A stretch of DNA of 64,000 bases from Clostridia bacterium. GTDB lineage: Bacteria; Bacillota; Clostridia; Oscillospirales; QAKW01. Positions 36,496-44,732 of the stretch are shown piece by piece (within the stretch, counting starts at the first letter, position 1; the number at the start of each line of letters is the position of its first letter). Both the position numbers and the translations under genes were made by a program. The notes below the pieces were generated by a model. That model was given only the letters and a program-made list of their open reading frames with translations. It was not told where the DNA came from and searched no databases. Where the stretch lies: assembly GCA_017436525.1 (NCBI GenBank), contig JAFSCX010000045.1, forward strand, positions 17,253 to 81,252. Reading direction: 5' to 3'.

Positions 36496-38895
36496 ATGAC
36501 ACAGCAAGAAATCAAAGAAAGATTACAACGGGTCGTAGCAGAAAAATTTGCTTGCGACATTGAAAACGCCACCACACGGCAGATGTATGAAAGCGTCGTA
36601 GCCTTGGTTACCAAGGAACTCGGCAAGCGCAGAAAAGATGCTTCCAAAATGATCAAGGAGCAGCAGGCCAAGCAGGTCTACTATATGTCGATGGAATTTT
36701 TGATCGGCCGCTCCTTAAAAAATAATCTCTATAATATGGGCATTGAAAAGGAGGTCCGTGAGGTTCTTCAATCCTTCAATACCGATTTGGAGGAGCTCTA
36801 TGCCATGGAGCCCGATGCAGGCCTCGGCAACGGCGGTCTGGGCAGATTGGCCGCCTGCTATCTGGATTCCCTCACCGCCTGCAATTATCCTGCCGTCGGC
36901 TTTTCCATTCGCTATGAATTCGGCATCTTCAAGCAGGTCATCATCGATGGCTGGCAGATGGAATTCCCCGATAACTGGCTGGAGCTTGGCGGCGGTTGGC
37001 TGGTGCCCCGCCCCGATGAAGCGCAGGAGATTCATTTCGACGGTCAGGTCGAAGAAATCTGGAGCAAGGATGGTCTCAAGACCGTTCATAAGAATTATTA
37101 TAAGGTATTGGCTGTGCCCTATGATTTGATGATCTCGGGCCATGATTCCAAGATTGTCAATAAGCTGCGTCTTTGGGGCGCCAAGAGCCTTGAGAATTTC
37201 GATATGTCCCTCTTCTCCCGCGGGGAGTACCTCAAGAGCTGTGAGGGAGATGCCAAGGCCGAGGCCATCAGCCGCGTCCTTTACCCTGCCGACGATCATG
37301 AGGAAGGCAAAAACCTTCGCCTGCGCCAGCAATATTTCTTTGTAAGCGCTTCTTTGCAGAATATCCTGCAAAGCCATATCAAAAATTATGGTTCCTTGGA
37401 TTCTCTGCCCGATAAGGTCGTTATCCATATCAACGACACCCATCCCGCTCTTTGCGTACCCGAGTTGATGCGTCTTTTGATGGATGAGCATGATTATTCT
37501 TGGGATGATGCATGGGATATCACCTGCCGCACCTTGGCTTATACCAACCATACCGTTATGAGCGAGGCGCTGGAAAAATGGTCGGTGGGCCTTTTCTCCG
37601 GCAGATTGCCCCGTATCTATACCATTGTGCAAGAAATCAATCGCCGCTTCTGCGAGGCGGTCTATCGGGATCATCCCGAAAAGCGGGACGCCATCGACCG
37701 CATGGCAATTATCGGCGACGGCATGGTGCGGATGGCCAATCTTTGCGTAGCCAGCTGCTATAGCGTCAACGGCGTTTCTGCGCTCCACAGCGATATTCTC
37801 AAGGCCGATCTTTTCAAGGATTACCATGAGATTTATCCCAATAAGCTGACCAATGTTACCAATGGTATCGTTCACCGCCGCTGGCTTTGCGAATCCAACC
37901 CTTGGCTTACCGATATGCTTCGCGAGCTGATCGGCGATGGATTTATCAAGGATGGCGCTCAGCTGGAAAAGCTGCTGCAATTTAAGGACGATCCCAATGT
38001 CCTCTCCCGCCTGCCCGAGATTAAGAAACAGAATAAGCTGCGCCTTGCCGCCTATATTGAGCGGACCGCAGGCATTAAGGTCAACCCCGATTCCATTTTT
38101 GATGTGCAGGCCAAGCGCCTTCATGAGTATAAGCGCCAGCTGCTCTGCGCTCTTTATATCTATGATCTTTATCGTCAGATCAAAAAAGAGGGCAAAAAGA
38201 TCTATCCCCATACCTTTATCTTCGGCGCGAAGGCCTCTGCCGGCTATGTCATGGCCAAGGAGATTATCCGCTTTATCTGCGCCCTCGGTGATATGATCAA
38301 TAATGATCCCGATGTGGGCGATATGCTCAAGGTGGTCTTCCTTTCCGATTATAAGGTTTCTCTGGCAGAGATTCTGATCCCCGCCGCCGATGTGAGCGAG
38401 CAGATTTCTTTGGCAGGGAAGGAAGCAAGCGGTACCGGCAATATGAAATTCATGATCAACGGCGCGCTGACCATCGGTACCTTGGATGGCGCCAATGTGG
38501 AGATCCATCAGCAGGTAGGCGACGACAATATGTTCCTCTTCGGCCTCACCACCCCCGAGGTCAATCAATGGAAGGCCGATGGCTATTGCCCCGATCAGCT
38601 TTATCGCAATGATCCCCACTTAAGAGACCTTCTGGATTCCATTCTGAAAGAAGGAATCGGTGGAAAGAGCTTCGAATCCATTGTCCGCTATCTGATCGGC
38701 CCCGATCCCTATATGGTTCTTGCCGATTTCAAGGCCTATAGCGAGGCGCAGGCCCGTATCGAGGAAACCTATAAGGATCAAGAGCGTTGGAGCAGAATGT
38801 CCCTGACCAATATTGCAAAGGCCGGCATCTTCGCTTCCGACCGCGCCGTTACCGAATACGCCGAAAACATTTGGAATACCAAACCCATCAAATAA
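36496..38895 (+). CDS. glgP: glycogen/maltodextrin phosphorylase (GT35)
   Basis: 799 aa. GNGGLGRLAAC and the pyridoxal-phosphate site EASGTGNMKFMINGA. Confidence 0.95.
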   Translation: MTQQEIKERLQRVVAEKFACDIENATTRQMYESVVALVTKELGKRRKDASKMIKEQQAKQVYYMSMEFLIGRSLKNNLYNMGIEKEVREVLQSFNTDLEELYAMEPDAGLGNGGLGRLAACYLDSLTACNYPAVGFSIRYEFGIFKQVIIDGWQMEFPDNWLELGGGWLVPRPDEAQEIHFDGQVEEIWSKDGLKTVHKNYYKVLAVPYDLMISGHDSKIVNKLRLWGAKSLENFDMSLFSRGEYLKSCEGDAKAEAISRVLYPADDHEEGKNLRLRQQYFFVSASLQNILQSHIKNYGSLDSLPDKVVIHINDTHPALCVPELMRLLMDEHDYSWDDAWDITCRTLAYTNHTVMSEALEKWSVGLFSGRLPRIYTIVQEINRRFCEAVYRDHPEKRDAIDRMAIIGDGMVRMANLCVASCYSVNGVSALHSDILKADLFKDYHEIYPNKLTNVTNGIVHRRWLCESNPWLTDMLRELIGDGFIKDGAQLEKLLQFKDDPNVLSRLPEIKKQNKLRLAAYIERTAGIKVNPDSIFDVQAKRLHEYKRQLLCALYIYDLYRQIKKEGKKIYPHTFIFGAKASAGYVMAKEIIRFICALGDMINNDPDVGDMLKVVFLSDYKVSLAEILIPAADVSEQISLAGKEASGTGNMKFMINGALTIGTLDGANVEIHQQVGDDNMFLFGLTTPEVNQWKADGYCPDQLYRNDPHLRDLLDSILKEGIGGKSFESIVRYLIGPDPYMVLADFKAYSEAQARIEETYKDQERWSRMSLTNIAKAGIFASDRAVTEYAENIWNTKPIK

Positions 38896-38902
38896 TAAAC
38901 CC

Positions 38903-38940
38903 ACAATCCCGCAGATCCAATCTGCGGGATTGTTCTTTCC
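38903..38940 (+). terminator. rho-independent terminator after glgP
   Basis: ACAATCCCGCAGA-TCCAA-TCTGCGGGATTGT followed by TCTTTCC. Confidence 0.65.
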
Positions 38941-38959
38941 CTCTCCTTTCAAGATTTCC

Positions 38960-39231
38960 CAACACAATTCATTTGTGTTACCTGTCTCAGAAGAAGCTTC
39001 CAACACAATTCATTTGTGTTACCTCATTCCAAGAGAACCTCTCAACACAATTCATTTGTGTTACCCGTCTCTAAAGAGACTATCAACACAATTTATTTGT
39101 GTTACCTCATTCCAAGAGAACCTTTCAACACAATTCATTTGTGTTACCTGTCTCAAAAGAGGCTTCCAACACAATTCATTTGTGTTGCCCCATTCCAAGA
39201 AAACCTCTCAACACAATTCATTTGGGTTGAG
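38960..39231. repeat. array of 7 palindromic 23-nt repeats at alternating 41/42-bp spacing (83-bp higher-order unit x3.3)
   Basis: CAACACAATTCATTTGTGTTACC starts at 38960, 39001, 39043, 39084, 39126, 39167 and 39209 (the last copy is degenerate). The core is AACACAA-TTCAT-TTGTGTT. Spacers alternate between type A (TGTCTCAGAAGAAGCTTC-like) and type B (TCATTCCAAGAGAACCTCT-like). Confidence 0.9.
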
Positions 39232-39265
39232 GAAGTGAACAGTTTGTAAAATCAAGGCAAGGCGG

Positions 39266-39294
39266 TTGCAAAAGGCGGGAGATTATGGTAAGAT
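39266..39294 (+). promoter_or_regulatory. putative sigma-A promoter of the second CPBP protease gene
   Basis: TTGCAA, 17-nt spacer, TAAGAT, 35 nt downstream of the last palindrome and 28 nt upstream of ATG 39322. Confidence 0.45.
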
Positions 39295-39321
39295 AAACCT
39301 ATCAACAAGAAAGGAGCCGCT

Positions 39322-40323
39322 ATGATGGAGCAAGGTTTTCATCCCCATTTCTTTTTACCGCCGGAGCAAGATCCGATTGTGCGGAGAAGAGAAAGAAAAA
39401 ATTTTTCTCGTATTTTCATTTCGCTCTGCCTCTATATCCTGCTGGCCACCTTTCTTCAAAACGCCCTCACCTACGGAGCGGCAACATTCTTTCCTGCATT
39501 TTATAAAAGCGAGGCTTTTCTTTGGGTCTCTTATATCGTGCCATCCTATCTGATCGCAATGCCCCTGATTTGGCTGATGCTCTCGGCTGTGCCGAAAAAA
39601 GTGCCGGAAAAGAAGCGTCTTTCTCCTCGGGAAGCGATTCTTTTCTTCTCCATTTCTTATGCATTTGTCTATATGGGCCAGCTTATCTCCAACTATCTTT
39701 CAAAGGTGCTGAAGCTGGTTAAGGGCAATGAAATTCATGAGCCTCTGCAGCAATATATGGAAAATTTTTCACCCCTCATGATCCTTGTTGTCATGGTCAT
39801 TCTTGCCCCCATTTTTGAAGAGTTGCTCTTCCGCAAGTTGATAATTGATCGTCTTCTGCCCTATAGCAAGCGGCTTGCCATGGTCGTAAGCGGCTTGGTC
39901 TTCGGAATAATTCACGGCAATTTTCAGCAATTTTTTTATGCATTCTTTGTGGGGATTATCTTCGGCTATGTCTATATTAAGACCGGGCGGCTGATTTATA
40001 CTATCCTCATGCATATGATCATCAATTTCAACGGTTCATTTGTTGTCGATTCCTTCCGTTCATTGATCAATAGCGAATCAGCCCTTTCCAATTCCATTAA
40101 TCCCTGGCAGCTTCTCTCAAGCCTTTATAACAGCGGAATGTTTATTTTGGTGGTAGCCGGAATGATCCTCTTTATCCTCAACATAAAATCCTTCCGCATG
40201 AAAGAGAATGAGGAGCAAGGCCTTCCTCTTAAAACCCAATTTGAGCTTGCCTTCAGCAATACCGGCATGATCCTCTTGCTGATTCTCACAGGCTTTACCT
40301 TCATCACAAATATAATTATATAG
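39322..40323 (+). CDS. CPBP family intramembrane glutamic endopeptidase
   Basis: Polytopic. EELLFRKL, FGIIHGN and HMIINF motifs. AAGGAG RBS. Confidence 0.8.
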   Translation: MMEQGFHPHFFLPPEQDPIVRRRERKNFSRIFISLCLYILLATFLQNALTYGAATFFPAFYKSEAFLWVSYIVPSYLIAMPLIWLMLSAVPKKVPEKKRLSPREAILFFSISYAFVYMGQLISNYLSKVLKLVKGNEIHEPLQQYMENFSPLMILVVMVILAPIFEELLFRKLIIDRLLPYSKRLAMVVSGLVFGIIHGNFQQFFYAFFVGIIFGYVYIKTGRLIYTILMHMIINFNGSFVVDSFRSLINSESALSNSINPWQLLSSLYNSGMFILVVAGMILFILNIKSFRMKENEEQGLPLKTQFELAFSNTGMILLLILTGFTFITNIII

Positions 40324-40335
40324 GAGGTTTTTTCC

Positions 40336-40806
40336 ATGATTGAAATTACCATGAAAGACGGCGGCGTGATCAAGCTGGAGCTTTATCCCGAGAAGGCGCC
40401 CAAAACAGTCGCCAATTTTGAAAAGCTGGTAGGAGAAGGCTTTTACGATGGCCTTACCTTCCATCGAGTCATCAGCGGCTTTATGATCCAGGGAGGCGAT
40501 CCCTTAGGCAACGGCATGGGCGGAAGCGATGAAAACATCCCCGGCGAATTTGCCGCCAACGGATTTCCCAATCCCATCCGCCATGAGAGAGGCGTCATCT
40601 CCATGGCACGGGCGCAAGATCCCAATTCTGCCAGCAGCCAATTCTTTATCATGCATGCCGACGGCTTCTTCTTAGACGGGCAATATGCCGCCTTCGGCAA
40701 GGTGGTAGAAGGAATGGAGACGGTCGATAAAATCGCCGCAGTGGCCACTAATCCTTTGGATATGCCTACCACTCCTCAAGTAATTGATACTATTAAAATT
40801 GTTTGA
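40336..40806 (+). CDS. ppiB: peptidyl-prolyl cis-trans isomerase, cyclophilin type
   Basis: FHRVISGFMIQGGDP, SMARAQDPNSASSQFFI and FGKVVEGMETVDKI motifs. Confidence 0.9.
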   Translation: MIEITMKDGGVIKLELYPEKAPKTVANFEKLVGEGFYDGLTFHRVISGFMIQGGDPLGNGMGGSDENIPGEFAANGFPNPIRHERGVISMARAQDPNSASSQFFIMHADGFFLDGQYAAFGKVVEGMETVDKIAAVATNPLDMPTTPQVIDTIKIV

Positions 40807-40936
40807 TCAAAGAAAAAACTACAACGAAATGTGTGTTGTTCTTATCGGGGAATTTGAAATCACTGTTAAGAACCACCATCGCATTTGTCTGTACAAACGC
40901 AGTTGGGCGGTAGCCCAACCCCACAGAGCAACAGAA

Positions 40937-40987
40937 AAGAGCAAGAGTAAAAGGAAAGAATCCTTCTATTCTTGCTCTTGCTTTTTT
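40937..40987 (+). terminator. rho-independent terminator 130 nt downstream of ppiB
   Basis: AAGAGCAAGA ... TCTTGCTCTT followed by GCTTTTTTCTT. Confidence 0.6.
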
Positions 40988-41069
40988 CTTCTGTCGATAT
41001 GTCAACTTTTGTTAACTCGATGCGTGCTATCCGTTAAGGATAACACGCTAAGTGTTGCAGTTTTCTTTA

Positions 41070-42128
41070 TTATGGTTCGTTTTGCTGCGGGAGCTCCTTC
41101 TTTTCCGGAAGCTCGCTTTTATAGACAAAATCTCTCAAATGGACCGGCATGGTCTCTTTATTAAAGGTCAGATAATAGACCCCGCCATACATGCGACCGC
41201 CGTAGCCCTCCAGATCCTGCGCCAGGGGGAAGACCTCCTGCTTAATGGTATATCCACCGGTCAGCACCTTAATGCCAAGCTCGGTAACCTCCGAGGAGGA
41301 GAGGGTTGTCTTCACCAGCTTCAGCATGGATTTTGCAATATTGGGATATTCCAAAACACTCTTTTTCTTTACCTTTTCAAAGCAGGCATCAAGCAGAATT
41401 TCATGCATGGAGCTTCTCTGGCCCACACCGCCTACCTTTTTGCGGCAGCGCATCATACCAAGGACCTGCATACCGGAAAGATTTTGCTTACCGGTGCTTT
41501 GGATCAATTTGGGAGAAATACCGCGGACTTTAGCCAATTCCGATATATGGTGATTGGCCTCTGAGCGATAAGCGGAGCTGACCTCCAGCTCAATTCCGCC
41601 CAGAATATCCACCACCTTTTCCATGTTGGTAAAATTGATAACCACATAATCCTGAATATCCAAGCCGAAATTCTTATTGAGCGTTTTTACCGCCAGCTTG
41701 GGGCCGCCATAAGCATGAGCATGGTTAATTTTATCATCGATGGTGCCACGCTTGGGATGCTCCATCTCCACATAAGAATCCCGCTGAATGGCAGAAAGGC
41801 GAATTTCTTTTCGCTCATCATCCAGCGTGAGGATAATGATGCTATCGCTTCTGCCCACCATTTCCTTATTCAATGCATCAATACCGAAAAGGGCAATATT
41901 TCTTACTTTATTGGAGAAATATTCTTCCTCTTTTTCAATACCAACCTCTTCATCGACCAAGGCGATTTCCTGCTCCATGTCGCTAAAGATATATTGATAG
42001 ATCACCAAGATCCCTGTCCCGAAGATCAGCAGGGTAGCGATCATCGAAATAAAAAAGCGGAGAAGAAACGGCTTTTTGGCTTGAATGATCTTTTTGGCAT
42101 GTTTAGAATGTTTGGAGTGTTTACTCAT
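41070..42128 (-). CDS. LCP (LytR-CpsA-Psr) family protein
   Basis: N-terminal TM anchor. RSDSIIILTLDDERKEIRLSAIQRDSYV is the typical LCP core. Confidence 0.8.
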   Translation of the reverse strand: MSKHSKHSKHAKKIIQAKKPFLLRFFISMIATLLIFGTGILVIYQYIFSDMEQEIALVDEEVGIEKEEEYFSNKVRNIALFGIDALNKEMVGRSDSIIILTLDDERKEIRLSAIQRDSYVEMEHPKRGTIDDKINHAHAYGGPKLAVKTLNKNFGLDIQDYVVINFTNMEKVVDILGGIELEVSSAYRSEANHHISELAKVRGISPKLIQSTGKQNLSGMQVLGMMRCRKKVGGVGQRSSMHEILLDACFEKVKKKSVLEYPNIAKSMLKLVKTTLSSSEVTELGIKVLTGGYTIKQEVFPLAQDLEGYGGRMYGGVYYLTFNKETMPVHLRDFVYKSELPEKKELPQQNEP

Positions 42129-43318
42129 TTAGAAATAACCTTCAACGTCTGCTGCGCGATTGCCAATTCCTCGTTGGTGGGAATGACGCAAACCTGCACG
42201 CGGCTGCCTTCTTCAGATACCACCTGAGCAAATCCACGCTGAGCGTTCTTTTCCGCATCCAGCTTGGTGCCCAAGAATTCCACATTCTTGATGATCTTCT
42301 CGCGGATGACACCGTTGTTCTCCCCGATACCGGCGGTAAATACAATAGCGTCCACACCGCCCATAGCGGCAGCATAGGCACCGATATACTTGCTCACCTG
42401 ATAGCAGAACATATCCAGCGCCAGCTTGCAACGCTCGTTGCCTTTTTCAGCCTCGGCAGCAAGATCTCTGAAATCGGAGGAAACGCCGCTGACACCCAGA
42501 GCACCGCTCTTCTTATTCATGATATCGCTCATCTGATCGGGGGTGAGGCCTTCTTTATTCATGATAAAGGTGGCCACGGCGGGATCGATATCGCCGCAGC
42601 GGGTGCCCATCATGAGACCGGCCAAGGGAGTGAAGCCCATGGAGGTGTCTACGCACTTGCCGCCCTTCACTGCTGCAATGGAGGAACCGTTGCCCAGATG
42701 GCAGGTTACGATATTGAGCTCCTCGGGCGCCTTGCCCAGCAGCTTTGCACACTCGCCGGCCACAAAGCCATGAGAGGTACCATGGAAGCCATAGCGGCGG
42801 ATGCCGTATTTCTCATAATATTCATAGGGAATGGGGTAGATGGCCGCTGTCTTGGGCATGCCATAATGGAAAGCGGTATCATATACGCCTACCTGAGGTA
42901 CATCCTCGCCCATCACCTCCATGCAAGCACGAATGCCTACGACAGAAGGGGGGTTATGCAGAGGAGCAAACTCGGCAAGGCTATCCATAATTGCCAGCTT
43001 CTCCTCGTCCATCAAAGTGGCCTCTACAAATTTCTCGGCGCCGTGAACAGCCCGATGACCTACTGCAGAAATCTCGGAAATATCGGAGATTACGCCCCAC
43101 TTTTCGTCGGTCAAATACTTCATTACCAGCTTAATTGCCTCGGAATGATTGTTCATGGTCTCTTCCAGAACCAGCTCCTCCCCCTTTGCCTTATGGGTAA
43201 AGCAACCGTCCAGACCAATTCGCTCGCAAAGACCCTTTGCCAGCACCTCGCTCCGATCCATATCAAAAAGCTGATATTTCAAAGAGGAACTTCCTGCGTT
43301 AATAACTAAGATTTTCAT
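42125..43318 (-). CDS. ackA: acetate kinase
   Basis: MKILVINAGSSSLKYQLF, GHRAVHG, FDTAFH-like (YDTAFH) and IVFTAGIGEN motifs. Confidence 0.95.
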   Translation of the reverse strand: MKILVINAGSSSLKYQLFDMDRSEVLAKGLCERIGLDGCFTHKAKGEELVLEETMNNHSEAIKLVMKYLTDEKWGVISDISEISAVGHRAVHGAEKFVEATLMDEEKLAIMDSLAEFAPLHNPPSVVGIRACMEVMGEDVPQVGVYDTAFHYGMPKTAAIYPIPYEYYEKYGIRRYGFHGTSHGFVAGECAKLLGKAPEELNIVTCHLGNGSSIAAVKGGKCVDTSMGFTPLAGLMMGTRCGDIDPAVATFIMNKEGLTPDQMSDIMNKKSGALGVSGVSSDFRDLAAEAEKGNERCKLALDMFCYQVSKYIGAYAAAMGGVDAIVFTAGIGENNGVIREKIIKNVEFLGTKLDAEKNAQRGFAQVVSEEGSRVQVCVIPTNEELAIAQQTLKVISK

Positions 43319-43422
43319 GATTATTTATGCTCCTTTCAAAAAAACCTTTTATTTCATACTATTTTATTATATAATAGGATTTGGAAAGTTTCAACATTTT
43401 TTTCAGAAAGGAGGGCAAGGTA

Positions 43423-44541
43423 TTGATTTATGCGGTAATCAGTGAGTTTAATCCCTTCCACAACGGCCATCGCTATCTACTGAGCAGTCTGCCCAAGAAG
43501 GATGGGGACTATACCGTCTGCATCATGAGCGGTAGCTTTGTGCAGCGGGGAGAACCTGCGGCCTTTGATAAATGGAGCCGCGCGGCTGCCGCTGCCGAAA
43601 ACGGTGCAGACCTTGTGGTGGAGCTGCCCCTGCCCTTTGCCCTCTCCGACGGTGATCGCTTTGCCGCCAAGGGTGTGGAGATGGCGGCTTCTTTCGGCCT
43701 GCCTGTTACCATGGCTTTTGGCACCGAATGTGAGAATCTCGATGGTTTATCCGCCCTGGCCGCCATCGATGAGCAAGCCCTCTCCGCCCCTCTGCGGGCC
43801 GCGCTGGAGCATGGCCTTTCCTACGGGGAAGCCCGTCAGCGCGCCTATGAGACCCTTCTTCCTCAAGAAAGCGCCCTTCTGCGCTCTCCCAACAATCTTT
43901 TGGCTTTGGGATATATCAGAGAATGCCTTAAAAGAGGGATTCCCTATCTGGGCATCCGCCGCACCTCTCCTCACGACAGCGCACCCCAAGGTTCCTTTGC
44001 CTCCGCTTCCTATATCCGCGCCCATCAAGAGCAAATGGCGCAGTTTTGCCCCATCTCCCAAGGCCCTGCCCTTGATTCCCGCGCCGCCGAGATCGGCATT
44101 CTTTCTCTTTTGAAAGCCAAAGATCCTGCCCTCTTTGCAGGTTACGCCAATATCAGCGAAGGCTTGGAAAACCGCATCGGCGCCGCCCTAACAAAAGCAA
44201 CCGGCCTGCAAAATCTTTATGAATTGATCAAAACCAAGCGCTATTCCATGGCTAAGCTGCGCCGCGCCGTTATGGCATGCGCGCTGGAGCTGCCCCGCGA
44301 ACTGCCCTTGCAGCCGCCCCCTTACCTGCATCTTCTTGCCATCGGCCCCCGCGGGCGGGCATTGCTCCGAGAAGCAAAGCCCCTCATTCCCATTGCGGGC
44401 AGCGGAAAGGAATGTGAGCAAATTGCCCCCGACTTTTTCCAAAAGGAGCGCCTTGCCACCGATCTTTGGAATAGCTGGAGCAAGCAACCCCTCCCCGCAG
44501 GAGAGGAGTATCGCAGAGGCGCCGCACGGTGCTTTGAATAA
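43423..44541 (+). CDS. tmcAL: tRNA(Met) cytidine acetate ligase (UPF0348/YlbM family nucleotidyltransferase)
   Basis: IYAVISEFNPFHNGHRYLL motif. TTG 43423 (AGGAGG 8 nt upstream) is preferred over the upstream TTG 43381. Confidence 0.7.
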   Translation: MIYAVISEFNPFHNGHRYLLSSLPKKDGDYTVCIMSGSFVQRGEPAAFDKWSRAAAAAENGADLVVELPLPFALSDGDRFAAKGVEMAASFGLPVTMAFGTECENLDGLSALAAIDEQALSAPLRAALEHGLSYGEARQRAYETLLPQESALLRSPNNLLALGYIRECLKRGIPYLGIRRTSPHDSAPQGSFASASYIRAHQEQMAQFCPISQGPALDSRAAEIGILSLLKAKDPALFAGYANISEGLENRIGAALTKATGLQNLYELIKTKRYSMAKLRRAVMACALELPRELPLQPPPYLHLLAIGPRGRALLREAKPLIPIAGSGKECEQIAPDFFQKERLATDLWNSWSKQPLPAGEEYRRGAARCFE

Positions 44542-44545
44542 AAAC

Positions 44546-44574
44546 TTGTATTTTTACCTATAATAGAGTATAAT
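44546..44574 (+). promoter_or_regulatory. putative sigma-A promoter of rnj
   Basis: TTGTAT, 17-nt spacer, TATAAT. This gives a leader of about 150 nt containing three hairpins. Confidence 0.45.
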
Positions 44575-44732
44575 AGATTACATTGAACGGAACGGAGGGA
44601 GCAAAACGCTTTTTGCTCCAATTAAAATGAAGCTTTCGGACCGCCGTGGGAAGCTTCTATTATTCCCCCTTTTTATAAGGGGTCGTTATTTCGTTGCCAA
44701 ATACATTTTATATTGATATAAAGGAGTTTTGA

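Noticed and set aside
36715-38619. A 634-aa minus-strand ORF inside glgP. Analogous long antisense ORFs are 22711..23895 (opposite sigA), 21553..22608 (rqcH), 33709..34809 (glgD), 17093..18184 (tmk/thyX), 45858..46760 (rnj), 52027..53241 (prs), 35532..36389 (glgA) and 62244..63146 (EEP).
   Set aside because: Each lies opposite a gene with unmistakable conserved motifs. The long open antisense frames follow from codon bias. None has a start context or a recognisable domain.
38960-39231. Possible CRISPR array (regular 23-nt repeats with short spacers).
   Set aside because: The spacers are only 18-19 nt and fall into two alternating, mutually similar types, giving an 83-bp tandem unit. There is no leader and no cas genes in the window. 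It is reported instead as a phased palindrome array.
38787-39249. Three overlapping plus-strand ORFs (95, 141 and 77 aa) with repetitive peptides (NTIHLCYL, STQFICVT).
   Set aside because: They are translations of the tandem repeat in three frames. They have no RBS and begin inside glgP or its terminator.
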